Of a DNA stretch of 64,000 bases, positions 44,668 through 56,440 are shown piece after piece. Under the pieces are notes generated by a model that worked only from the letters and a program-made list of their open reading frames with translations, made no database searches and was not told where the DNA came from. The DNA is from Naegleria gruberi (Eukaryota). The translations under genes were made by a program, and so were the position numbers. Location: NCBI GenBank assembly GCA_000004985.1, contig GG738853.1, one strand, 5' to 3'. Numbering within the stretch: position 1 is the first letter of the stretch; the number at the start of each line of letters is the position of its first letter.

Positions 44668-46333
44668 TTAGAGTTTTACTTTCTTATCTTCAGGCTCATT
44701 TTCAGTGGTTGCATCCTCCACCTTTCTTTTAAGATTTGATTCTGATGGTTGTCTTAATCTGAATGAGATACACATCATTTCTTTCTTTGGTGCAACATTT
44801 CTAACTGGATAAATGTCAATATACTCTCCAATGTGATCTGCTCCAACAACTTGTTCAACTTGTTGCTTGGATAATACATTCAAATCATCACCATCCTTAA
44901 TGGAACCTTTAACAAATGTATAACAATGAATAATTGGTTCAAAATCAATCTTGGTTTGATCAATTCTGAAAACATCAAGAAATTCCACTGCAGAAGCTGG
45001 CAAATTCATAATGACATGATGGAACTGAACCTTTCTATCATTAACCATATATTTGATAAATTCTCTACCATCCATGTTGAAACATTCCATATTTCCCTCT
45101 ACTTTGTTAACAGAGGCATTAATTTTCATGTATTCATAACTCTTAGGGTTTAAATCGTTTGCATATACTTTGCATTCAACCTTCTTAGCAGCTGGAACAG
45201 CAAAAGGACCAACACCAGCCATCATATCACAAACACTTTGTGATTTATCAAAGTATTTCAATAATCTGGTATGTTCAGTTCCAAGTCTTGAATTCCAGTA
45301 AACCTCTCTATAATTAAATTTAAATGTTATTCCATTTTCCTTTAATGTAACATTAAAATCATCCTCTCCACATAAAAGCTCCATTTTAAATTCTCTAAAA
45401 ACAGAGTCAATCATACCCATCTTATTTACAACAGTTTTAATCTTTGGATTCTTATCTAAAATCACTTGACCAATCAAATATCTATATTGTGCAACTTCAT
45501 CTGGAATATTCAAGTGAGCAATATGACCAACTTGTTCAAATGATGATGTAATTTCAAGACCATTTGGAATAATCTTTGATAAAACCTCTGTAGAAGATAA
45601 ATGATCATATGTCAAGTCAATTGTTTTTCCAAAAGGTTCACTAGCTTCATTATCTTTCAAAATTTTCATAACATTTTCTGGAATTGATTCAATTGTTGAA
45701 TATTTTTCATGTAATAATAAATTCTTATAATCGGAACAATCTTCAATATCCTCTACAGCCTTGATTTTCTTTCTATCAATTAAATGTCTATATAGTAATT
45801 AAATAAAACAATTATAAATTCATGATACTAAAAGACTCCACATACCCTTTTAATTTCTTATTCAATGTTGAAATATTTCTTGTTGGTACTTTAATAGCAA
45901 GAATATCAATCTTACTATTGTACAAACTCTTATCCAATTTCAAAATAGTTTCTTCCTCTTGTTGAGACATTTTTTGGTTCTTGTTATTCAATAAAAACTT
46001 CAATTCCTCTTGTGCACCACCATCCAGATTAGATGATGAATTAGCAGTCCCAATGTCAATGTATGGTTCAGTGTGATGTATAGAATTACAGAATTGAACA
46101 AGGTGATGATGATAATTTAATTCTTGTTTGGCTCGAAAGAATTCAAGTGATGACGATGATTTCTTTTTACATAACGGTATCATGCTGTGGTGATTATTGA
46201 AATTATTCCAAGTAAATAAATACTTTGAGAATGTTCTTTCATTGAATGTATTCCGATATTTAAGGAATGCAGAAGAAGAGGAAATGTTTCTCCTAGTAGT
46301 AGTCGTTAAAATCGTCCTCATATTGTTCAACAT
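44668..46333 (-). CDS. TRM5: tRNA (guanine37-N1)-methyltransferase TRM5 with an N-terminal mitochondrial-type presequence. Exons are 46333..45846 and 45787..44668, with a 58-nt GTATGT...TATATAG intron.
   Basis: VGHIAHLNIPDE, DMMAGVGPFAVPAAKK and VYANDLNP match TRM5. The presequence reads MLNNMRTILTTTTRRNISSSSAFLKYRNTF. The splice joins the two track ORFs. Confidence 0.85.
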
Positions 46334-46494
46334 TTTTGATTGAACATTTTTTGTTTTAAAGAATGAATAAAGCTTTCTTTGATTCCAACAAACAAATCTA
46401 TTGAATAATAATAACTTTTATAGAATGGAATACATTGTTGTTGAGTGATAGCAAGCAATAAAGAAGACAAGGAAAAGTAATTAAATTTAAAAAA

Positions 46495-47996
46495 ATGAAA
46501 TTTAGAAAAGCCTTCAAAACCTATGAAGGAATTTATGCATTGGACTTTTCGTTGAGTAAACATGCAGTAACTCTTGCACAGGATCAAAAGAGAGGAATTA
46601 CAAGGAGAGAGGAATTAGAATACAAAACACGATTTAATATGAATCCATGTTGTTTGGGTATTGAAGAAATTGATGTTACAAATGGAGGATCAAAATCTAG
46701 TGATGATGATCAAAAACAACAATCAGGAAAAACAATTGTTGTCACATGTAGTTTAGGTAAAAGTGTTTATGCATGGAATTTAAATCAATCTCTCCGATAT
46801 CAAAAGGAAGAAAAACCTTTTCTTGATTTAAATTCCAAAGGAGGATCAACAACATCCTCTGCTCTTCATTATGTAGAATCTGTATCTTCCACACCAATTT
46901 CTCAAAAGAGAAAAGACACAACAGCAAATTCAGAACTGAATGATAACATTTCATTTGAATTTCTCATTGGATTTAATACTGGTGATATTGTATTATATAA
47001 CTTTAAAACAAAAAAACAAACTTTGTATAATAGAGATGTAAGTGCACATTTGGATAATATTAACATTTTCAAAAGAGAAAAGTTAGTGCAGATGCTGTCT
47101 CAAAATTATTGTGGATTGATTCGGAAACATTTTGTGCTGCAACAAAAGATGGAAATGTATATTTTTACAATAAGAATTATAGAGAGGAGGAGTTATTCCA
47201 GATGAATCCTTTAAATACGAGTGACGACAATTCAGTAATGGCCAATCCAAAATACAAAGTACATTTTGGATCAAATTCTCAAGAATGTTGCAATCCAACA
47301 AAGAGACTTTATTTCAATAATGCAAATATTACTGACATTGCAATTTCTCCAAATGGACAACTTTTATCAATAGTAACTTCAAGTGGATGGTGTGAAGTTT
47401 TAGATACAAAAACATTGAAATCAGTGGCCACATTTGTCTCTCACAAATTGGGATCTACATCTTTTGGAGGTTTTACTTCATGCTGTTGGAGTCCCGATAA
47501 TAGAGTTTTAGTTCTTTCTGGAGAGGATGATTGTTTGAGTATATTTGATATTAAGAAGAAATCAATAATTCTAAAAGGTGTTGGACATACAGGATTTGTT
47601 TCAAAAGTAATATTTGACAATTATCAGTGCGATAGTTACAAGTATAGATTAATATCTGTTGGTGACGATACAAAATTACTTTTATGGGACTTGGAAAAGA
47701 ATAACTTTGAGGAACATGAATCTAATAGTGGTGGAATTGATATTCACTCCAATAATAGTAGTAATAATCGTCTAGATTATTTGGAAAATAATTTGACGGA
47801 TGAACATACAGATGTGCCAACAATAGAACCAATTTCAATTCACAAAGCCCATAACGATCCAGTGAGGGATGTGAAAGCATTTTCTTCTGGTATTGCCACT
47901 GTTTGTAATCAGGGTATTATCAATTTTTGGGCTAGACCAATACTGGAAGATGATTCAGATTATGAGAGTCAAACCTCACAAGAAGTTCAACAATAA
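46495..47996 (+). CDS. WD40 repeat protein of 487 aa. Exons are 46495..47037 and 47076..47996, with a 38-nt GTAAGT...CAAAAG intron.
   Basis: The two overlapping track ORFs join in frame. WD repeats include SGEDDCLSIFDIKK and SVGDDTKLLLWDLEK. The protein may be WDR20-like, but this was not confirmed. Confidence 0.65.
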
Positions 47997-48115
47997 ACTT
48001 TATTTTTCATAAGAGTTTTCAACCTCAATATTTACCGTTAAATGTTTTCAAAGCAAGAGATGAACATCAAGAGAGAACCGTAGATCCTTTAACCGCCTAA
48101 AATCAATTTAAAAAA

Positions 48116-49198
48116 ATGCCTCCAACAAATACATCTTTCATTGAGCAAGAAGAACCATTGGAGAGAAAGGAGGAAACTGGTGAAGATGACTCTGAAAAGG
48201 AAGAAGATAATATCAACAGCTTTTCTGCCTCAACCAAATTATTGGAGAAGAGAAAGGAAATGATGGAGGTTCAATCCTTATTACAACAGAAAAGAACTGA
48301 ATATCTGGCAAGAATGGATGCAATTAAGAAAAAGGAAAAAGGACTTTTAGGAAAGAAACAAGAACTAACTGAAAATGTTAAGGAACTAGATAAATTTATT
48401 GGTGATAATATTATTAAAAAGAAGAGAGCTGATCAGAAAAAAGATATCGAGCAAGGAGAAAGGATCAAAAGTGAAGGAAAAATAACTGATGCAAAGAATG
48501 ATATTGATAAATTAGAAAAAGAGAAACAATTTAAAGAATCATTATTAATCAATCATTATATCAAGTACCAACAATTCTTGCAAAAAGTAGTTCAGTTCAG
48601 AGGAGATGACATTAATCCAGAAGATGTAGAAAAGGTTATAGATAGATATGAAACCTTATCTGAAAAAAATAGAGAGCTACAAGCCAAGAAAGCCAAATAT
48701 TCCATGAAGTTTACCAGGGAAAAGATTAGAATTAATGAAGAAAAAGAAATGATGAAAGATAAGAAAGTCAAACTAAATCACATGATTTCAAAACTGGGTA
48801 AAAAATTGGAATTAATGAGTGATGAAAGAGGTAAAATAACATCAAAATATGATGTAATGTCAACATCGCAGACAAAGGATAGAAGACAATTAGGACAAAT
48901 TGAAATGGCCATCAACAATGTATATAATAGAGTGACAACAAATGGTGGATCAAGAATACCAAGAAGATGTAAGATTTCAATGTCTAATAATGATTTTTCT
49001 GGTAGCTCTTCAAAAATTTCTACTGGTTCAACTCATGAAGTTACTGTTGAAAGCTACAAACGATTCAACAATATGGAAATTTTGATGAAGATGTTGAAGG
49101 TTATTGGTGATTGTCTATCTGATTATATGGCATTTGCTGAAATGATTAAAAAGATGCCAGAAAAAGACAAGGAAATCAACAGAAAACAAAAAACCTAA
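48116..49198 (+). CDS. CCDC42/CFAP73/MIA1-family coiled-coil protein (DUF4200), cilium-associated.
   Basis: LLEKRKEMMEVQSLLQQKRTEYLARMDAIKKKEKGLLGKKQELTENVKELDKFIGDNIIKKKRADQKK fits the DUF4200 consensus (L..KR.E..EV...L..K..EF...M..L..RE..L..K..EL...V.KFDKFLKEND.KR.RA.KK). Confidence 0.6.
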   Translation: MPPTNTSFIEQEEPLERKEETGEDDSEKEEDNINSFSASTKLLEKRKEMMEVQSLLQQKRTEYLARMDAIKKKEKGLLGKKQELTENVKELDKFIGDNIIKKKRADQKKDIEQGERIKSEGKITDAKNDIDKLEKEKQFKESLLINHYIKYQQFLQKVVQFRGDDINPEDVEKVIDRYETLSEKNRELQAKKAKYSMKFTREKIRINEEKEMMKDKKVKLNHMISKLGKKLELMSDERGKITSKYDVMSTSQTKDRRQLGQIEMAINNVYNRVTTNGGSRIPRRCKISMSNNDFSGSSSKISTGSTHEVTVESYKRFNNMEILMKMLKVIGDCLSDYMAFAEMIKKMPEKDKEINRKQKT

Positions 49199-49691
49199 TT
49201 GATATTAATTTTAGAATTGTAACAAAGTTCTAAAAGATGTGCTTTTTTGGAGAATTAATAAGGACACTGATGAATGTGCATCATATTCATCATGAAAGAG
49301 CATGTACCATCATCCACGTATTAAATTTGAATTAATCAATTCGAAAATTACAATCAAATTTTGAAGTGTAAATCCCATCAATAAAAATCAATTCCACAAG
49401 CCAACTACAGCGTAGATTTTTCACCCAATCAAGGATAATCATAGTCTTTGGTGACGGAAACGATGATGTAATAATGATGAATGAATTCAATGTTCATTGT
49501 TTTTATGGTTGAAGGAAATAATAGAAACAATAAAAGAAGAAATTAAATATCAATTTTCTTTGTTGTGAGGGTTATTAATTGGTAATCCTACCATTCTTAT
49601 CATCCAATAAGAACAGATACGTCATTGTAATGATTGACGCCCATTTTTAACGGAAGACTTGTTTGCCCTCTCCACATCAACCTAGAAAAAA

Positions 49692-52600
49692 ATGAGTAAC
49701 CAGATCCCAATACAATTTACCGAACTTTTTAACCTTCAAAACTTGGGGGTAAACTCACAATCCATTTCTTTCACCACGGTTACACTCGAATCTGACAAAT
49801 TCGTCTGTGTTAGGGATCAGGTCTCACCCAATAAATCTATTCAAATAGTCGAAGTTGATAGTCAAAATGTTACCTCGAATAAAGTCAATGCTGACTCTGC
49901 CATTATGCACCCAACAGCTAAGGTGCTCGCTCTTAGAGGTATGTATTGTATAAGATTATATACAATATTAATCATGGTTAATAATAATAATAATATTATT
50001 TATAATTTTTTAATACAACAACAACAACAATATAGCTGGTAACACTATACAAATCTTCAACTTGGAAATGAAGGCAAAGATGAAGGAACACACAATGACT
50101 GAACAAGTCGTTTTTTGGAGATGGATCAACACTAACACTATTGCTATCATTACCGCTACCGCTGTTTATCACTGGTCTATGGATGGTCAAAGTGCACCAA
50201 AGAAGATGTTTGATCGTCATGCCAATCTTGCCAATTCCACAATCATCAATTATAGAACAGATTCTAATCTCCAATGGTTGCTTTTGATTGGTTTGACCAG
50301 AGCTGTAAGTATTAATAATAGAATGTGTGAAATGTTCTAACAAATTTAACAGGAAGACAACTCTACAAAGGGTGTTATGCAATTATATTCAGTAGAAAAG
50401 AAAGTTACCCAACCAATTGAAGGTCACGCTGCTTGCTTCGTTGATTACAAGCTTTCCAACAATTTTGTTACCACTGTTGTTTGTATTGCTTCAAGCACTC
50501 CACAAGGTGGTAAGCTTTTCGTTATGGAAGTCCCATCAAACAAGCCACAAGATGCTCCTGCTTTTGAAAGAAAGGCTGTTCCAATCCAATTCCCTGCTCA
50601 AGGTGATTTCCCTGTTGCTATGCAAGCTAGTGATAGACATGGTGTTTTCTTTATGATCACCAAATCAGGATTTTTGTATATGTATGATGTTGAATCAGCT
50701 ACACTGATCTTCAAGAATCGTATTAGTGATGATGCTTTGTTTATTACAGCACAAAGAGCTGGTGGTTTTATTGGTGTTAATAAGAGAGGTCAAGTTTTGT
50801 CTGTCACTGTTGATGATAATACCATTATTCCATATATTGCTAATCAATTGGGTGACCAAGGATTATCTTTGAAGATTTCTTCAAGAGCCAACATTGGTGG
50901 TAACATGGTTGGTGATTTGTATTTGCAACAATTCAATGCTCAATTGAACCAAATGAACGTTCAAGCTGCTATTGCTCTTGCTGCTGATTCTCCACAAGGT
51001 ATTTTGAGAACTCCAGATACTATTGCTAGACTCCAACGTTTGCCAGTTATGCAAGGTCAAAAGCCAGCTATTTCCCAATACTTCCAATACATTATTGAAA
51101 AGGGAAAGCTTAACACTTATGAATCACTTGAATTGGCTAAGATTGTTTTGCAAAAGCAAGGTGGTGTTGATTATTTGAAGAAGTTGTTGACTGATGACAA
51201 GATTGAAGGAAGCCAAGATTTGGGTGACTTTATTTCTGGTTATAGTCAAGAATTGGCTATGCAAATCTACTTGAAGGGTAAGGCTCACGACAAGATTATT
51301 GATTCTTTGTTGAGAATGGGTGATTACGAAAGAGTTTTGGCTTACTGTCAAAAGGTTGAATATACCCCTGACTATTATGATATCTTCAGAAAGTTATGCA
51401 TGGTTAACCCAGATAGTGCTGTCAAGTTTGCTTCAAAGATTCATGAAAATCCAGAAACAAGAATTGATCCTAATACTGTTATTGATCTTTTGGTTCAAGG
51501 TAATCTCATCAAGCAAGTTACTGCTTACCTTTTGGACATTCTTAAGAATGATAGACCAGAAGAAGGTGCTCTCCAAACTAGATTGTTGGAAATTAACTTG
51601 ACTTACAGTCCAATTCAAGTTGTTGATTCAATTCTCGGACAAAAGCTTGTTAATCATTATGATCGTATTAAGATTGCCAGATTGTGTGAAAAGGCTCAAC
51701 TCTTCCAAAGAGCTCTTGAAAATTACACTGACCCAGCTGATAGAAAGAGAGTTATCGTCAATACTCATGCTATTAATGTTGAATGGTTGATTAAGTGGTT
51801 CGAAGATGTTTCCAAGCAAGAAGTTTTCATGTATTTGAGAGAATTGATTAAGAATAAGAATAATCTCCAAGTCGTTGTTAAGGTTGCTACTGCCAACAGC
51901 AGTGTTTTGGAACCAGAAAATCTTATTCCAATCTTTGAAGAAGTTAAGAGTAACGAAGGTCTCTATTATTATTTGGGTTCTATTGTTAACTTCAGCCAAG
52001 ATCCTCAAGTTCACAACAAGTACATCATGGCTGCTACTAGAGTTAACCAACTTTCTGAAGTTGAAAGAGTTACTCGTGAAAGTGACTACTATGAAGCTGA
52101 TGTCATCAAAGAATTCTTGAAGGAAGCTAGATTGACTAACCAAATGCCACTCATTAACGTTTGTGACAAGCATGGTTACATTGATGAAATGGTTAGATAT
52201 CTCTACAGCAACAGTCAACTCAAGTTCATTGATATGTATGCCAAGAGTGTTAACCCAATCAGAACTCCAGAAGTTGTTGGTGCCCTCCTCGATGTTGATG
52301 CCAGTGAAGATTTTGTTAGAAATCTCATTATGGGTGTTGGTAATATGTGTCCAACTGAACCTTTGGTTGAAGAAGTTGAAAAGAGAAACAAGCTCAAGTT
52401 GTTGTTGCCATGGTTGGAAGCTCGTGTTAACGAAGGAAGTCAAGAACCAGGATGTCACAATGCTTTGGCTAAGATCTATATTGATCTCAGTCAAAATGCT
52501 GAAAACTTCTTGATTAACAATCAATTCTATGATTCCAGAGTTGTTGGTCAATACTGTGAAAAGAGAGACCCACACTTGGCCTTTGTTGCTTACAAGAGAG

Positions 52601-54915
52601 GTCAATGTGACTTGGAATTGGTTGCTGTTACTAACAAGAATGGTATGTTCAAACAACAAGCCAGATACCTTGTTGAAAGACAATCCCCTGAATTGTGGGC
52701 TCACGTTTTGGATAACGAAAATACTTACAGACGTCAACTTATTGATCAAGTTGTCCAAACTGCTCTCCCAGAAAGCAAGTCAAGTGATGAAGTTTCTACC
52801 ACTGTTAAGGCTTTCATGACTGCCAACCTTCCAAACGAATTGATTGAATTGTTGGAAAAGATTGTTTTGCACGGATCCTCAGAATTCAAGACTAACAGAA
52901 ACTTGCAAAACTTGCTCATCCTCACTGCTATCAGTGCTGAAAGAACTCGTGTCATGGATTACATTAACAGATTGGACAAGTATGATGCTGCTGATATTGC
53001 TAGAGTTGCTATCACCAAGGAATTGTACGAAGAAGCTTTCGTCATGTACAGCAAGAACAAGTTGAATACTGATGCTATCAGAGTTTTGATTGATCATATT
53101 CAATCCATCACTAGAGCTGCTGAATTTGCCAAGATTGTTAACGAAGCTGAATGTTGGAGCATTTTGGCTAGAGCTCAATTGAATGCTCTCGTTGTTGCTG
53201 ATGCTATTGAATCCTTCATGAAGGCTGATGATCCAACTGATTACCACAATGTTATTCAATATGCTGAACAACAAGATGAATACAAGGCTTTGATTAAGTT
53301 CTTGGAAATGGCCAGAAAGAAGATTCAAGACTCTGTTATTGATACTGAATTGGTTTACTCTTATGCTAAGTACTCCAAGCTTAAGAATAAGCCAGAAGTT
53401 TTGGCTGATATGGAAGATTTCATTTCTGGACCAAACTTGGCTCAAATCCAAGTTGTCGGTGACAGACTTTTCGATGAACAAATTTACAATGCTGCTAGAA
53501 CTCTCTTCCAATCTATTTCTAACTATGCTCGTTTGACATCCACTTTGATCAAGTTAGGTTTGTTGAGAGAAGCTGTTTCATCTGCCCAAAAGGCTAACTC
53601 TATCAAGTCATGGAAGGAAGTTATGATGGCTTGTATTGATGCTAGCGAATTCAGATATGCTCAATCATGTGCTTTGAACATTATTGTTCATGCTGATGAA
53701 TTGGAAGATCTCCTCCATTACTATGAACAAAGAGGATACTTTGAACAAGTTATCGAATTGATGGAAAAGGGCTTGGGTCTTGAACGTGCTCATATGGGTA
53801 TTTTCACTGAATTGGGTGTTTTGTATGCCAAGTATAGACCAGAAAAGCTTATGGAACACATTACTCGTTATTGGGGTAAGTGCAACATTCCAAAGTTGCT
53901 CAATGCTGCCGAACAAAACCACTTGTGGGCTGAAATGAGATTCTTGTACTGTCATCATGATGAACCTGATGCAGCAGTCAAGGTCATGATGGAACACTCA
54001 ACTGAAGCTTGGGACCACTCTGTCTTCACTGAAACCATCATCAAAGTTGTAAATATGGAACTTTACTATAGAGCTATCCAATTCTATATTCTCGAAAATC
54101 CAAAGTATCTTGAAGATTTATTGGTTGTTTTGACTCCAAAGTTGGATCATGAAAGAGTTGCTCGTGATATCAGATACCAAAATAATGGTTTGGATCTCCC
54201 ACTTATTAAGAAGTATTTGGAAACTGTTCAAGATCATGATTTGCCTCAAGTCAATGAAGCTCTTAACAGCTTGTACATTGAAGAAGAAGATTACCTTGCT
54301 TTGAAGCGTTCTCTTGAACAATACAGAAATCTTGACCAATTATCTCTTGCTGCTCAATTGGAAGGTCACGATCTCCTTGAATTCAGAAGAATTGCTTCTT
54401 GGTTATATAAGATCAACAAGCAATGGGAAAATTCCATCAAGTTGAGCAAGAAGGATAACTTGTATAAGGACGCCATGGAAACTGCTGCTGAATCTCAAAA
54501 GCAAGATATTGCTGAAGATCTCCTTAAGTTCTTCGTTTCTAAGGGTTTGAAGGATTGTTTCGCTGCTGCTTTGTACAATTGTTATAACTTTGTTCGTCCA
54601 GATATTGCTCTTGAATTGGCTTGGAGAAATAACATTATTGACATGGTTATGCCATATATGGTTCAAGTTCTTCGTGAATACACCACTAAGGTCGATGATC
54701 TCGTTCAAGAAAGTCGTCAAAAGAAGAAGGAAGCTGAATTGAAGTCTCAACAACCAACCCCAGAAGTTGGTGGTTATGTTGATCCAAATGCTGCTTATGG
54801 ACAAACTGCTGATGCTTATGGTGCTAACTATGGCCAACAATACGGAAATGTTGGTTATGATCAATATGGTGCTAACTATGGTCAACAATACGGAAATGGT
54901 GGTTACGGATTTTAA
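49692..54915 (+). CDS. CHC1: Clathrin heavy chain of 1692 aa. Exons are 49692..49938, 50036..50304 and 50353..54915.
   Basis: Colinear with human CLTC from MxQILPIxF to the trimerisation region. Introns are a 97-nt GTATGT...TATAG and a 48-nt GTAAGT...TTAACAG. The C-terminal tail is Y/G/Q-rich. Confidence 0.95.
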
Positions 54916-55464
54916 ATTATTTAACTTCTAGGAGTCGAGACTTATAAAATAAAAAATATATTGTAAATTTAATAATTAATTTAGTTTAAGTTCTTAATAA
55001 TTTCTCAACTAAACCTGAGGAGTGTGGAAAAATTCTACTGATGAGTCTTGAATTTTCTAAATCTCCAATGATATTAGTACTAAAGCAGGAAAATATTTGA
55101 GTGAATTGAAAGATAAAGGACTTGAAAATATTGGTCAATTGACCACTCTAAATATTAATCAAAATCGTATTGGTGAATTGAAACAATTGACCTATCTTAA
55201 AATTGTTAGACGAATGAAAATGGAGTCCAAGATGCAACAACAGAAAACTTCAGAACCGCTGTTTAACCACCTCACATCCATAAGAAATGAATAGATTGAA
55301 ATATTTAGTAATGTCACTTGTGTGGAAATTCAATTTAGACCAACATTGATTTATTTGTAATCACTTGAATGGAAGAATTAACTGGGATTCCTTAATTTCT
55401 ATTTCTTCAATTTTAAATTAGTGTTGTTCTAGATATTTTAAAAATTGGTTTTCATTATCTTAAC

Positions 55465-56217
55465 TCAAAAATTGATTTTTAGAATTGAGAATGTGGTTGG
55501 TATTATAATATTACTAGTTAAGAATGAGGAAATAGAGAATGTAATAGCTCCTATAAACACTCCAGTCATTATATCAATAAAGAAATGTCTACCCAGGCAT
55601 AATCTGGACATACAAATACAACATGCCCACAAAAATGCAAGAATTACAGTAATTATTCCAATTTCTGAGCTCAATGATGTGTGGTATAAAAACAAAAGAA
55701 AAATATATGATGATCTAGAAGCGTGGCCACTAGGGAATGAAAATTCATCAGGGCCTTGTTCCACCTCCCAAAATGATAAATTTCTCTCAATACTGTCCAT
55801 AGGTTTGATAAATTTCTCAAACTTTTTGATAAATAGAACATCATTTCTAGGTCTTTTCCTTTTATAAACTAATTTCAAACATCCAACAATAAAAACATCT
55901 ACAAAAAAGCAAGAAAAGTAATAAATAACATAATTCAACGGAATCATTTCAAATAAAATTAAGGGAATATTATTTAAAGGGGTATCGTTTTGATAAATTT
56001 TCCAAACATCATAAGCAGCTATTAAAAACAAAATACAAGGTATCCACCCATCATTTGTAAAACTAATTGTCCTCCAAAATTTAGTAATAAATTGTTGAAA
56101 TTTTGTTGGATTTTTACTTGTACTATTACTCAAATTATGAAAGAAAAAGAATGTTATCCGATAATCAAAATCAACGATGGGACTCAACTCATCATTAGGA
56201 ATTTTAACTTTTTGCAT
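55465..56217 (-). CDS. PAP2-family lipid phosphate phosphatase, similar to PLPP6/PPAPDC or dolichyl-diphosphatase.
   Basis: Motifs KRKRPR, FPSGHASRS and SRLCLGRHFFIDIMTG (KxxxxxxRP / PSGH / SRxxxxxHxxxD), with multiple TM helices. Confidence 0.75.
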   Translation of the reverse strand: MQKVKIPNDELSPIVDFDYRITFFFFHNLSNSTSKNPTKFQQFITKFWRTISFTNDGWIPCILFLIAAYDVWKIYQNDTPLNNIPLILFEMIPLNYVIYYFSCFFVDVFIVGCLKLVYKRKRPRNDVLFIKKFEKFIKPMDSIERNLSFWEVEQGPDEFSFPSGHASRSSYIFLLFLYHTSLSSEIGIITVILAFLWACCICMSRLCLGRHFFIDIMTGVFIGAITFSISSFLTSNIIIPTTFSILKINF

Positions 56218-56440
56218 TTTTTTTAAATTAATTTTTTAAATCCAAAATATTTTGGGCAAGCAATTACTTGAATTATCGCTAGTTTTATCAATTCTTATTT
56301 GGATAATAATATTTAATGGATAGTAAGTAAAAAAGAAGGAAATAGTTGTTGGTGGTTGAAGTCTTGTAGACATGCTATTTTGAGAATGAAAAATTTGGCG
56401 CCAAAACAGCATACAACAAACTACATTAAACGCAAAAAAA

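Noticed and set aside
51628-52758. Long minus-strand ORFs (376 aa and others) inside the clathrin heavy chain exon, and similar antisense or alternate-frame ORFs inside ATP2 (2163..3578), the K/C-rich gene (22535..23173) and the DUF4116 gene (19048..19369).
   Set aside because: They lie antisense to or out of frame with strongly conserved genes, and they produce low-complexity S/N/L-rich products typical of biased-codon shadows.
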